Under the pieces are notes generated by a model that worked only from the letters and a program-made list of their open reading frames with translations, did no database searches and was not told the DNA's origin. Below, piece by piece: positions 45,513 to 55,747 of a stretch of DNA of 60,915 nt. This stretch comes from Synergistaceae bacterium. Its GTDB lineage: Bacteria; Synergistota; Synergistia; Synergistales; Aminobacteriaceae. Position numbers and translations under genes: made by a program. Position 1 is the first letter of the stretch; each line of letters opens with the position of its first letter. The DNA lies in assembly GCA_017470785.1 (NCBI GenBank), contig JAFUXM010000043.1:1-60915 (forward strand), read 5' to 3'.

Positions 45513-46901
45513 ATGCCAAAAGTTAGGATAACGGAGACGGCGTTACGGGATGCGCATCAGTCTTTGATAGCGACGCGTATGGCCACTGAGGACATGCTGC
45601 CTATACTTGACAAGATGGACGAGGCGGGGTACTGGGCGCTTGAGATGTGGGGCGGTGCGACGTTCGACAGCTGCATGAGATTTTTAAACGAAGACCCATG
45701 GGAAAGATTAAGACTTATACGCAAGAGAATTAAGAAAGCGAAGCTGCAGATGCTTTTGCGCGGCCAGAATTTAGTCGGCTATAGACATTATGCAGATGAT
45801 ACCGTGCGTGAGTTTGTCAAGCGGGCGGTCGGCAACGGAATAGATATAATCAGATGCTTTGATGCGCTTAATGACTTAAGAAATGTTGAAGTTGCAGCCG
45901 ATCAGGTCAAGCGTGAGAAGGCGCACTTGCAGCTGTGCATAAGCTATACGCTGTCGCCGGTTCACACGCTGGAGAGCTTTGCCGACATGGCCGAGAAGAT
46001 GACGCAGATGGGCGCTGATTCTATTGCTATAAAGGACATGGCCGGATTGTTAAATCCCATTGACTGCGCGAAATTAGTCGTAGCTATCAAGCAAAAGACC
46101 AACGTGCCTATCGAACTTCACAGCCATTACACAACAGGCCTTGCGAGCATGACGTACTTTGCGGGCATTGCGGCCGGCGCTGAGATAATCGACACGGCAA
46201 TATCGCCGTTCGCGTTAGGCACAAGCCAGCCGCCGACTGAATCAATGGTAGCTGCGCTTGCCGACAGCGAATATGACACCGGAATTGACATCGAGAAATT
46301 ATTGCCCGTGTGCGAACACTTCAAGAAAGTCCGCGAGAAATACAAAAAATTATTGCCTGAGATGGCCGGAGTTAATATTAATATTCTGCGCTACCAGATA
46401 CCGGGCGGCATGTATTCTAACATGGTCAACCAGCTCAAAGAGATGAACGCAATAGACAAGCTTGAAGACGTGTTAAACGAAGTGCCGGTAGTGCGTAAGG
46501 CGATGGGCTATCCGCCGCTTGTCACGCCGTCAAGTCAGATGGTCGGCACGCAGGCGACAGTGAATGTGTTACGCGGTCGCTGGAAGAGTTTCCCGAAGGA
46601 AATTAGACAGTACTTCTTGGGCTACTACGGCAAGCCGCCGGCAGATGTTGATCCGGAAGTGCAGAAGCTTGCAATCGGCAACGAAGAGCCGATAACCTGC
46701 CGCCCGGGTGAGAAGATTGCGCCTGAGATGGAACAGGCTCGCAAAGACTGCGCGGCTTGGAGCTTACAGCCCGAGGACGCTTTGACTTGGATTATGTTCC
46801 CGCAGGTCGCAAAAGATTTCCTGCCTGCTAAATACGCAAAGAAGACTAAGAGAGACGTAGGACTTCAGGAATTAGTTGATGGAGCAGCTTACCCTGCATA
46901 A
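45513..46901 (+). CDS. Carboxyltransferase subunit (oxaloacetate decarboxylase alpha / transcarboxylase 5S-like) without a biotin carrier domain
   Basis: ITETALRDAHQSLIATRM HMGL-like TIM-barrel N-terminus. The 462-aa ORF ends before any biotinyl AMKM-type domain. Confidence 0.8.
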   Translation: MPKVRITETALRDAHQSLIATRMATEDMLPILDKMDEAGYWALEMWGGATFDSCMRFLNEDPWERLRLIRKRIKKAKLQMLLRGQNLVGYRHYADDTVREFVKRAVGNGIDIIRCFDALNDLRNVEVAADQVKREKAHLQLCISYTLSPVHTLESFADMAEKMTQMGADSIAIKDMAGLLNPIDCAKLVVAIKQKTNVPIELHSHYTTGLASMTYFAGIAAGAEIIDTAISPFALGTSQPPTESMVAALADSEYDTGIDIEKLLPVCEHFKKVREKYKKLLPEMAGVNINILRYQIPGGMYSNMVNQLKEMNAIDKLEDVLNEVPVVRKAMGYPPLVTPSSQMVGTQATVNVLRGRWKSFPKEIRQYFLGYYGKPPADVDPEVQKLAIGNEEPITCRPGEKIAPEMEQARKDCAAWSLQPEDALTWIMFPQVAKDFLPAKYAKKTKRDVGLQELVDGAAYPA

Positions 46902-47844
46902 TATAGAATCAATGGCGCGTCTCCTCGGCCAGAACGACGAGAACTTAAAGGCCGTGGAGACGCGTTATCATGTTGAGCTTACAGTGCATGATAATATACT
47001 GCGCGTTGACGGGCCTGATAATCAGGCTGTAAGTACAGCTGTGAAATTACTGCGTGAGCTTGCGCTTGCAGCTGAGAAAGGCTATGAGATCACGGCAGTT
47101 GACACGCGGCGGTCTATGGATGCGCTGGCTAACGGCAATGATTTAAATTTAAACGCGTTATACTCTGAGATAATCTGCACGACTGCAAGAGGCAAGCCGA
47201 TACGCGCTAAGACTGCCGGTCAACGGGCGTATATTAAGGCAATCCGTGATAACGATATTTTATTTGCAGCTGGCCCAGCTGGAACTGGCAAGACGTATTT
47301 AGCTGTGTGTGAGGCAGTCTCGATGTTAAAGGCCGGTAAAGTAAACCGCGTTGTGTTAGTGCGGCCTGCAGTCGAGGCCGGAGAAAGCTTAGGCTATTTA
47401 CCCGGCGACTTGCGCGAGAAAATCGAGCCGTACGTAAGGCCGCTTTACGATGCGTTTTATGATTTATTATCGCCTGAGAGATTTTTGCGCTACGCTGATA
47501 AGGGCGTTATCGAGATAGTGCCGCTGGCGTACATGCGCGGCCGGACTTTAAACGAGAGCTTTATTATATTAGACGAGGCGCAGAATACGACGCCCCAGCA
47601 AATGAAGATGTTTTTAACGCGCTTGGGCTTTGGGTCTAAGGCTGTTGTGACGGGCGACATGACGCAGACTGATTTGCCTAAAGGCTCGCCGTCGGGACTT
47701 TTGAGCGTGCGCAGTATATTACGGGGAATAAAGGGTATAGGCTTCTTTGATTTGAGCGATGCCGACGTAGTTAGGCATGAGATAGTGCAGAAAATCGTGC
47801 AGGCCTATGAACGCTATGAACAAAATATTTCAGGGGCAAAATAA
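46876..47844 (+). CDS. phoH: PhoH-family ATPase
   Basis: Walker A GPAGTGKTYLA, LDEAQN, and a KH-like N-terminal region. The ATG at 46879 is the likely start. Confidence 0.9.
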   Translation: MMEQLTLHNIESMARLLGQNDENLKAVETRYHVELTVHDNILRVDGPDNQAVSTAVKLLRELALAAEKGYEITAVDTRRSMDALANGNDLNLNALYSEIICTTARGKPIRAKTAGQRAYIKAIRDNDILFAAGPAGTGKTYLAVCEAVSMLKAGKVNRVVLVRPAVEAGESLGYLPGDLREKIEPYVRPLYDAFYDLLSPERFLRYADKGVIEIVPLAYMRGRTLNESFIILDEAQNTTPQQMKMFLTRLGFGSKAVVTGDMTQTDLPKGSPSGLLSVRSILRGIKGIGFFDLSDADVVRHEIVQKIVQAYERYEQNISGAK

Positions 47845-49954
47845 TAATTTTAATAATATTTTAAAATATGTAAGCGCATACTTTGCGCCGGTGTTTGCGC
47901 TGGCACTTGCGGGGTGTGCGCTTGTCTGGCTGCAATGGGTGTTCTTAGGTCAGAAGGGCGAGGCGTTTAAAGTCGGCAAGCCTGCGCCTGAGACTTACCG
48001 AGCCATATCGCCCATGCGCTATGATGACAAGACTGCAACTGAGACGTTAAAGACTTTAGCGCGTGAGCGGGTCGTGAGCGTGACAGTGCGCGACATGGCG
48101 GCTAAGTCGAGATTAAGGCGTCGGCTTGAAGAATTAAGTTCGCTGCGCGGGTCGCTGTCACAAGCTCATAAGCCCTATCCTGCGTATTTGCCCGAAGCGT
48201 TAGTTAAGGCCATTGCGAATTTGAGCGCAGCTGACAGATTTAGAATTTTGAATCTCACGGCGCAAGTCGGCAGCGCGTATATCGACCGGCTAGAGACCGA
48301 AAATATATCAAGCTCTAACTCAGCGGCTGAGACGGCTTTGTTATGGCAGGAGATTAACAAGCTTGAGCTGCCCGCGAACGACGCGAATTTTATTTATCAG
48401 ATTTTGTCGCGCTTAGGCAATTTAAATTTCAGTGCTGACGCAGATTTAACAGCTAAAGCGCGTGAGGCCGCAGTCAACGACATTCCGGCCATAGAACGGC
48501 GATTTGAAATCGGAGATGTTATTATCGCCCGTGACGAAATCGTAACTAATCAGACGGCAAATTTATTGAGGCTTCAGGGCTACACCGAGGACGTGTTCCC
48601 CGTAACGCAGCTAAGCATAGTTATAATGCTTGCAGTCTTGCTGCCGTTATGGCTTAATATCCCGTTTAAAGAGATTAAAGATAACAGGCCGTCGCAGCGC
48701 TGCGTAGTGTTGATAATTATCGCTGCGTGGCTGTTGGAGACTGTCGCAGCGCGGTCTTTAAAACTTGCAGGCGCTGGCATAGCTCCGGCTGTATTGCTTG
48801 CGTATCTCTGCACATCGGGCGAATTTGCGTTCACTATTGCGTTGGCATCGGCTGCATCGGCTTCGTTTATTATAATGGGTCTTGCAGTCAATGACTTAAT
48901 TTTAATCTTGTCGAGTTCAGTTATAGCCTCGACTTTGGGATTTTATCTGTTCACGCGCCTTGAATCGCGTACGCATATCGGCAAGCGATTTTTAATATTT
49001 ATATTTATCATGACGCTTACGAGGCTGTTTATACTATGGCTTCAGGGCATCATGCCGAATATAGATTTTGAATTTAACATGGACAGCAGCTCGCTGTTTA
49101 ACGAATGTGTTATATTTGCGCTTGTTGAAGTTGCAGGCTGCATGAGCGTTGTATTTATATTGCCGCTAATCGAGAATTATATTGACGTGTTAAGCGTGCT
49201 GCAGCTTAGAGAATTAAGCCATCCGTCAAGTCCGTTATTAAGGCAGATGCAGCGTGAAGCGCCCGGGACTTATCAGCATTGCTTGACTATAGCGTCACTT
49301 GCTGAGGCAGTCGCGCCGGAGCTTGGCCTTGACGTAAATCTAATGAAGACCGGCGCATATTATCATGACATTGGCAAGATGCGCAAGCCGCAGTATTTCG
49401 TTGAAAATCAGGGCGGCGGAATTAACACTCATGACGCGATGTCGCCTAAATTATCAGCCTTAAGTATAATATGGCACATAAAGGACGGCCTCGAGTCAGC
49501 GCGTGAGGCGAAGCTGCCAAGGCGTATTCAGGATTTTATAGCTGAACATCACGGCACGACTTGCGTTAGATATTTTTATAATAAAGCCTGCGCTCAGGCC
49601 AAACCGGGCGAGGTAATTAACTGGGCTGATTTTTGCTATCCCGGGCCGAAGCCTCAGACTAAGGAGACGGCGTTATTAATGATAATAGACTCGGTCGAGG
49701 CAGCGGTGCGCAGCGCAAATTTAGGCCGCAGACCGTCGGAGTATGACGCTAATGCTAAGAACAAGGGCAAGAGCCAGTATATATTGGCCTTGCAGCAGAT
49801 TATAAGTCAGGTCATAAATTCCAAGATAAACGAAGGCCAGTTTGACGAAGTGAATTTAACGCAGAGAGATTTAACGCAGATTAAAAACTCGCTGCTCACG
49901 GCCTTATTATCTATGTATCACACGAGAAGCGTTAAGAAAATCGAGAAAAAATAA
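47807..49954 (+). CDS. 7TM-receptor HD-domain phosphohydrolase (PgpH/YqfF-like)
   Basis: Extracellular N-domain, seven TM helices and the HD motif YYHDIGK. Sits in the conserved phoH-pgpH-ybeY order. Confidence 0.85.
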   Translation: MNAMNKIFQGQNNNFNNILKYVSAYFAPVFALALAGCALVWLQWVFLGQKGEAFKVGKPAPETYRAISPMRYDDKTATETLKTLARERVVSVTVRDMAAKSRLRRRLEELSSLRGSLSQAHKPYPAYLPEALVKAIANLSAADRFRILNLTAQVGSAYIDRLETENISSSNSAAETALLWQEINKLELPANDANFIYQILSRLGNLNFSADADLTAKAREAAVNDIPAIERRFEIGDVIIARDEIVTNQTANLLRLQGYTEDVFPVTQLSIVIMLAVLLPLWLNIPFKEIKDNRPSQRCVVLIIIAAWLLETVAARSLKLAGAGIAPAVLLAYLCTSGEFAFTIALASAASASFIIMGLAVNDLILILSSSVIASTLGFYLFTRLESRTHIGKRFLIFIFIMTLTRLFILWLQGIMPNIDFEFNMDSSSLFNECVIFALVEVAGCMSVVFILPLIENYIDVLSVLQLRELSHPSSPLLRQMQREAPGTYQHCLTIASLAEAVAPELGLDVNLMKTGAYYHDIGKMRKPQYFVENQGGGINTHDAMSPKLSALSIIWHIKDGLESAREAKLPRRIQDFIAEHHGTTCVRYFYNKACAQAKPGEVINWADFCYPGPKPQTKETALLMIIDSVEAAVRSANLGRRPSEYDANAKNKGKSQYILALQQIISQVINSKINEGQFDEVNLTQRDLTQIKNSLLTALLSMYHTRSVKKIEKK

Positions 49955-49986
49955 TTATAAAAAATTTTTGGGGGTAAATTTTATTT

Positions 49987-50493
49987 ATGCGTGTAATCCT
50001 GAACGTAGATGACTCGGACGAGGGCGACAGTCCTGCCGGTCAAGATTTTTTAGTTAATAATAAAGCAAAGCTTGAGCAAGTCTTAGCTCAAGAAATTTTA
50101 GATTTAAATAAAGAGCTGCAGGGCTATGATGAGATATATATCTCGCTGTCGATAGTCGGGTTAGATGAGATAAAAAATATAAATAAAAATTACAGGCAGT
50201 GTGACGAGGCCACTGATGTTTTATCGTTCCCTATGTTTGAGTTATTTAATGGCAAATTGAAGATAGATGCGCCGCAGGGCTTGCCGCTGATGCTCGGCGA
50301 TATAATTATCTGTCCGCAAAAAACTTTTGAAATGCATTTAGAGCTTGAAAATCACGAGGCATTGTTATTAATGCTCGCGCACTCGCTGCTGCACTTGCTG
50401 GGCTGGGATCACGACACGGAAGAGCGGCAGCGCTTGATGTGGCAGCGTCAGGATGAGATTAAAGATAATTTGCTTAAGGCATTAAGCAATTAA
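49987..50493 (+). CDS. ybeY: rRNA maturation endoribonuclease YbeY
   Basis: Zinc motif HSLLHLLGWDH. Confidence 0.9.
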   Translation: MRVILNVDDSDEGDSPAGQDFLVNNKAKLEQVLAQEILDLNKELQGYDEIYISLSIVGLDEIKNINKNYRQCDEATDVLSFPMFELFNGKLKIDAPQGLPLMLGDIIICPQKTFEMHLELENHEALLLMLAHSLLHLLGWDHDTEERQRLMWQRQDEIKDNLLKALSN

Positions 50494-50506
50494 ATATAAA
50501 TTTAAA

Positions 50507-51808
50507 ATGGATAATAATTATACTTTATCGCTTATGTTCGAGGATGCGCTCTGGTTTATAGCGTTATTTTTATTATCGGCATTTTTCAGTGCGTCGGAGA
50601 CGTCTATAACGGTGACGGGCAAGGGGCGTTTGATGCTGCTGCAGGACAAGAAGCCGTTTATAAATTCAACGCTGCAATGGCTGATAAATGATGTGCAGGA
50701 AGCTTTAACTGTATGCTTAATCTCAAATAATATAGTTAATATCGCGGCGAGCGCGTTGGCGTCTGAAATTGCGATGCGTTTATTCGGCGCAGGAGCTTTG
50801 ATATTTGTCGTGCCGGTCATGACTGTATTGATAGTAATATTCGGTGAGATTTTGCCGAAGAGCGCGGCCATGGTATATTCGGATAATGTTTTAATTTTCA
50901 CTGCGCCGGTGTTAAGGCTGTTAGCGTTTTTAATCGCGCCGTTCGCATGGCTGATGAAGAAATGCGTTGTATTTTTAGGCGTATTGCTGCATTTAAATTT
51001 GGAGACTCAGAGAGTATTTGTCACGCGCGATGAGATAGAGCAGGTTGTGAAGATCGGTGAAGAGAGCGGCGCATTAGAAGCGTCGGAGCGGCGCATGATC
51101 GACGGGATAATAGATTTCGATGAGACGCGCGTTCATGAAATCATGATACCCAGAATGGATATGTTAATGTTAGATGCAAGCGATAGTTTGAACGATGCTG
51201 TGAAATTATTTATGGAGCACGGCCATTCGCGCATTCCGGTCTATGAAGAAAGTCCGGATAATATAGTAGGAATTTTATATGTGAAGGATACGTTGAAGTT
51301 TTTGGTAAATTCTGAGCTTGACTGCGAGATAAGAAGTTTGCTGCGCAAGCCTATATTTGTGCCTGAGACGATTAGAACGGCTGAATTGTTGGAGGCGATG
51401 CGCCGCGAACATATTCATATTGCGATAGTAGTTGACGAGTATGGAGCAGTGGCCGGCCTTGTCACGATGGAGGATATATTAGAGCAGATAGTAGGCGAGA
51501 TTCAGGATGAGTATGATCAAGAGACACCTGATATTCAGAAACTCGATGACGGGACGTATTTAGTGCAGGGCGGTACGAGCCTTGAGGACTTGAGCGAGAG
51601 CTTAAATTATGAATTTGCGCCCGAGGACGAGGAGCTGACGGTTGAGAGCATCGGCGGCCTTGTGTTATTATTATCTGGAAGTTTCCCTAAAGAGGGCGAC
51701 GTATTTGATTATAAGGACTGGAAGATTAAAGTCTTGGACTTGGAAGAGCATAGAATTAAATTATTGAATTTAAGTTATTATAAAAATGAAAATGAAGATA
51801 AAAATTAA
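50507..51808 (+). CDS. CNNM/CorC-family hemolysin-like protein (DUF21-CBS-CorC_HlyC)
   Basis: N-terminal DUF21 TM domain, a CBS pair (IMIPR...HSRIPVY) and a C-terminal CorC_HlyC domain. Confidence 0.88.
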   Translation: MDNNYTLSLMFEDALWFIALFLLSAFFSASETSITVTGKGRLMLLQDKKPFINSTLQWLINDVQEALTVCLISNNIVNIAASALASEIAMRLFGAGALIFVVPVMTVLIVIFGEILPKSAAMVYSDNVLIFTAPVLRLLAFLIAPFAWLMKKCVVFLGVLLHLNLETQRVFVTRDEIEQVVKIGEESGALEASERRMIDGIIDFDETRVHEIMIPRMDMLMLDASDSLNDAVKLFMEHGHSRIPVYEESPDNIVGILYVKDTLKFLVNSELDCEIRSLLRKPIFVPETIRTAELLEAMRREHIHIAIVVDEYGAVAGLVTMEDILEQIVGEIQDEYDQETPDIQKLDDGTYLVQGGTSLEDLSESLNYEFAPEDEELTVESIGGLVLLLSGSFPKEGDVFDYKDWKIKVLDLEEHRIKLLNLSYYKNENEDKN

Positions 51809-53276
51809 AATATATTATGCTTTTATATTATGCTTAATATTAAGCGCTGATGCCTGCGCTGTAACGCGGGCTGATTTTTTAGCTGCGTTATTAAATGCCC
51901 GGGGCTTGGAATATAATTCTGAGTTCGCGGCAAGTCCGGCGGAATTTATATTAAAGACCGGAATTGTGACGGATGATATAAATATAAAAGATGTAAAGGC
52001 TAAGGTCACGAGGCGTGAGGCGCTGCGCTGGTGCATTCAAGCTCTTGGCCTTGCATTCGAGGCTGATATAATTTCTGACTTTAATTTCACGCATAATTTC
52101 ACGGATATTAATAACTTAACGCGGCTTGAGAAAGGCGCGATAAGCATTGCCGTTACGATGCAGCCTAATTTAATTGCGAATAATAATAAATTCAACGGCA
52201 ATCAAGCCATAAGCGACGGTGATATGAAGGCTTTGCTTGAGCGGGTGCGCAGCGCGAGCGCAGGCTTTAAGCTTGATGTTAATATCGCGCCGGCGAACGG
52301 ATTGACTTTGCTTGTGCATAGAGAGGGCGTATTTACTGGAATACCCAAGTGGCGGGTCTATGCTGATAATTTTAATGACAAAGAGCAGGCTGAAGCTGCT
52401 CAAAAATTTTTTAAGTCCAAAGGCTATGACATGACGGCAATTCATCCGTTGTATGAATATTTTTTGAGATCGCAAATTATAGATGATTATAATCAAGTCA
52501 GAGCGCTTGTGAATTTGATTAAGAAGCGCGGACTTGCGCCGCGTATATTGCCGTCGCTGTCCAATCCCAAGACTGACATACTTCCCAAGTACTGGACTAT
52601 GTTAATTATTGACCCGTCGTTCTGGAACATGACGCCGATTATCATTCCGGCTGAGAAAGGCCATACGCTGGCGCCGCTGTCTGAAATTATTAGCGCTAAT
52701 AAAAATAAGAATTTGCGGGCTGCTATTAACGCCGGATTTTTTGCTATGACTAAGAAGCGTACGGGCTATCCCATAGGAATATTGAAGATAGACGGCACGC
52801 AGTTCACGCAGCCCAACGCTGTTAGAAGCTGCATAGGCTGGAATAATAACAGCTATGACACTGAGGACATCGAGGCCATGACCGGCAAGTATGATAAAGA
52901 TAATTCTAACTGGGAGAGCATGGAGAATATAATTCAGGCCGGCCCGATGCTGATAGACGAAGGCCAGCCTGTGACTAACAACGAGGGCTTTGACAGCAAG
53001 ATGTTATCAGTGCGTCATCCAAGGTCTGCCGTTGGAATAACTAATGACGGATTTTGGTTCTTCATAGCTGTTGACGGCCGCAACGGCCTGCACTCGTCAG
53101 GCGCAACGATAAGCGAGCTAACCGAAATTTTATTATCTTACGATGCAGCTTATGCGTTAAATCTTGACGGCGGCGGCTCGACCGAGTTAATTCATAATAA
53201 TAAATTATATAATTTCCCGTCCGAGGGCAAAGAGCGGCCAATTAGCTACGGCTTAGGCATCATGCCCTTAAATTAA
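51786..53276 (+). CDS. Secreted phosphodiester glycosidase-family (DUF2233) protein with a SPOR-like middle region
   Basis: Signal peptide. C-terminal blocks AINAGFF, QAGPMLIDEG, RHPRSAVG and NLDGGGSTEL are typical of DUF2233/NAGPA. Confidence 0.7.
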   Translation: MKMKIKIKIYYAFILCLILSADACAVTRADFLAALLNARGLEYNSEFAASPAEFILKTGIVTDDINIKDVKAKVTRREALRWCIQALGLAFEADIISDFNFTHNFTDINNLTRLEKGAISIAVTMQPNLIANNNKFNGNQAISDGDMKALLERVRSASAGFKLDVNIAPANGLTLLVHREGVFTGIPKWRVYADNFNDKEQAEAAQKFFKSKGYDMTAIHPLYEYFLRSQIIDDYNQVRALVNLIKKRGLAPRILPSLSNPKTDILPKYWTMLIIDPSFWNMTPIIIPAEKGHTLAPLSEIISANKNKNLRAAINAGFFAMTKKRTGYPIGILKIDGTQFTQPNAVRSCIGWNNNSYDTEDIEAMTGKYDKDNSNWESMENIIQAGPMLIDEGQPVTNNEGFDSKMLSVRHPRSAVGITNDGFWFFIAVDGRNGLHSSGATISELTEILLSYDAAYALNLDGGGSTELIHNNKLYNFPSEGKERPISYGLGIMPLN

Positions 53277-53282
53277 TTTAAA

Positions 53283-54065
53283 TTAATTATTTAAAAAATT
53301 ATTAATAAGCCGCCTTGCGATGCTTGCGCCGTCAGGTATCTTAATTAAATTATTATTTAATTTATCATTAATCTCGCTTGCTGTGAGCCAGACTGCGTCG
53401 CTTATCTCGAGGCCGTCCGGCTTTAAATTTAAATATGCGCTCTCGTCAAGCTCGGCAGTGAAGCCTATCATTAGTGACTGCGGAAACGGCCAAGGCTGAC
53501 TGCCGAAGTATTTTATATTTCTGACTTTAATTCCGACTTCTTCGTTGAGTTCACGCATGACTGCCTGTTCTAAATTTTCGCCCGGTTCAACAAAGCCAGC
53601 AAGCACGCTGTATAAATCTTTAATCATGCTTGCGTTGTGAGCCAATAAAAGCTTATTGTTATGCGTAACGGCTACGATAATTGCCGGAGATAGCGGCGCA
53701 TAAAAATTTTGACTGCACTTAACGCAATGGCGGCCTGTATCGTGAGTGTTAGGCTCAAGCCTGCCGCCGCAGTGCGAACAAAATTTTGAATTAATAAGCC
53801 AGTTCGCAAATAATCTTGCACCGCCCGCGCGTATAAATTCGTCATATCCGAACTCATGCCAGACCTGCCTTAAGTCTATGAATTTAAAGTTTTTTGTGTT
53901 AAAATTTAGATTATTATTTACGGCTATAAATTGCGGCAGATGCTGCCAGCTTGCGGGCAAAGTATCTGAGTTAAATAATATAAACTCGTTCGGCGCGTTG
54001 AAGTTGTTGAAGTAAATAGTGTTGTTATTGCAAACTAAAATTTTATTATCTTGAAATATGTACAT
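53283..54065 (-). CDS. nudC: NAD(+) diphosphatase (NADH pyrophosphatase) NudC
   Basis: Zinc ribbon CSHCGG...CVKC and Nudix box GFVEPGENLEQAVMRELNEEVGI. Confidence 0.88.
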   Translation of the reverse strand: MYIFQDNKILVCNNNTIYFNNFNAPNEFILFNSDTLPASWQHLPQFIAVNNNLNFNTKNFKFIDLRQVWHEFGYDEFIRAGGARLFANWLINSKFCSHCGGRLEPNTHDTGRHCVKCSQNFYAPLSPAIIVAVTHNNKLLLAHNASMIKDLYSVLAGFVEPGENLEQAVMRELNEEVGIKVRNIKYFGSQPWPFPQSLMIGFTAELDESAYLNLKPDGLEISDAVWLTASEINDKLNNNLIKIPDGASIARRLINNFLNN

Positions 54066-54196
54066 GATTTAAATAAAATCCCGCCTTAATTTTAAAAATT
54101 TAAAATTAATTTATTATAGCTAAAAATATTTGCAGCACGGGGAAAATTTTTTATAATTAATAATTATAAATTATTTCTGGAGGCAGATTTTTTTAA

Positions 54197-55720
54197 ATGG
54201 CTGAAAAATTGTTGGACGAAAATATTATTAATGAGAGCGAAGTCGTGAGGCAGCGCAAGGATAAGTTATTGAGGCTCAGAGCTGAAGAGAATTTTGACCC
54301 GTTCGTGACTGAGAAATGGGACAGACAGGACTTTATTGAAGAGATTAAAAATAAATTTGAATATTTAGAGGCGGAGCAGGAAGCAGAGGACGTGAAGTTA
54401 GTTGCGGCTGGGCGGCTCATGACGATTAGACGGCAGGGCAAAGCGGCATTTGCTGATTTAGCTGACGAGACGGGCCGGATGCAGCTTTATTTTAATATAA
54501 ACACTGTCGGAGCTGCCAGCTATGAATTTTTTAAGAAATGGGTCGATACCGGCGACTGGATCGGAATTATCGGCCATCCGTGCAGGACAAGGCGCGGCGA
54601 GCTCACGATTTTAGTTGAGAGCTATAAATTATTAAGCAAGGCTATACGGCCTTTGCCTGAGAAGTGGCATGGCTTGACTGACACTGAGGCTCGTTATCGG
54701 CAGCGTTATATGGACTTAATCGCAAATCCTGATGTGCGCGAGATATTTAGAAAGCGTTCGCAGATAATAAGTTCGTTTAGGAAGACGCTTGAAGACCACG
54801 GCACGCTTGAGGTTGAGACGCCTGTACTTTCAGTATTGGCAGGCGGCGCGGCAGCAAGACCGTTTAAGACTTTTCATAATGCACTGAGCGTTGAGATGTA
54901 TATGCGCATTGCAGTTGAGTTATATTTAAAGCGTTTAGTAGTAGGCATGATGGGACGCGTGTACGAGCTTGGCCGCAATTTTAGAAACGAAGGCATTGAC
55001 ACGATGCACAATCCGGAATTTACGATGATGGAAGTGTACTGGCCGTATGCTGATTATAAAGACATGATGACTTTAGCTGAAGAGCTGATTAGAAATGCTG
55101 CGCAGGCTATTAACGGTGATAATTTAACAGTTGAGCGCGACGGCGTGACGGTCGATTTGTCCAAACCGTTTGATAAGATCACTATGCTTGAGTGTGTGAA
55201 AAAATATACTGGCGTTGACTTTAATTTAATTAAAGATGACGAAGAGGCGCGTAATATCGCACGTGATAAAGGACTTGCAGTTGAGCTTAAGGGCAATGAG
55301 AGCCGCTTCGCAATTTTAAATTTAATGTTCGAAAGTTTCTGCGAAGAGAAATTAGTTAATCCTACGTTCTTGATCGGCCATCCGGTTGAAATTTCGCCGC
55401 TGTCCAAGCGTGACCCTGAGAACCCGGACTATACTCATAGATTTGAGTTATTTATGTTCGGCAAAGAGCTTGCCAATGCGTTTAGTGAGCTTAACGACCC
55501 TATAGATCAGCGTGAGAGATTTGAAGAGCAATTAAAGAAGAAAGAGGCCGGCGACGAAGAGGCTCATGATTTTGACGAAGATTTTATTAATGCTATCGAG
55601 GCCGGCCTGCCGCCCACCGGCGGTATGGGCATCGGCATTGATAGAGTTGTAATGTTCTTGACCGGCGCTAAGTCTATCAGAGACGTAATTTTATTCCCGA
55701 CTATGAAGCCTAAAGCCTAA
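54197..55720 (+). CDS. lysS: Lysine--tRNA ligase (class II)
   Basis: OB-fold N-domain. Class II motifs FRNEGID and GGMGIGIDR. Confidence 0.95.
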   Translation: MAEKLLDENIINESEVVRQRKDKLLRLRAEENFDPFVTEKWDRQDFIEEIKNKFEYLEAEQEAEDVKLVAAGRLMTIRRQGKAAFADLADETGRMQLYFNINTVGAASYEFFKKWVDTGDWIGIIGHPCRTRRGELTILVESYKLLSKAIRPLPEKWHGLTDTEARYRQRYMDLIANPDVREIFRKRSQIISSFRKTLEDHGTLEVETPVLSVLAGGAAARPFKTFHNALSVEMYMRIAVELYLKRLVVGMMGRVYELGRNFRNEGIDTMHNPEFTMMEVYWPYADYKDMMTLAEELIRNAAQAINGDNLTVERDGVTVDLSKPFDKITMLECVKKYTGVDFNLIKDDEEARNIARDKGLAVELKGNESRFAILNLMFESFCEEKLVNPTFLIGHPVEISPLSKRDPENPDYTHRFELFMFGKELANAFSELNDPIDQRERFEEQLKKKEAGDEEAHDFDEDFINAIEAGLPPTGGMGIGIDRVVMFLTGAKSIRDVILFPTMKPKA

Positions 55721-55747
55721 AATTTAAAATTAAAAAATTTTAAAAAT

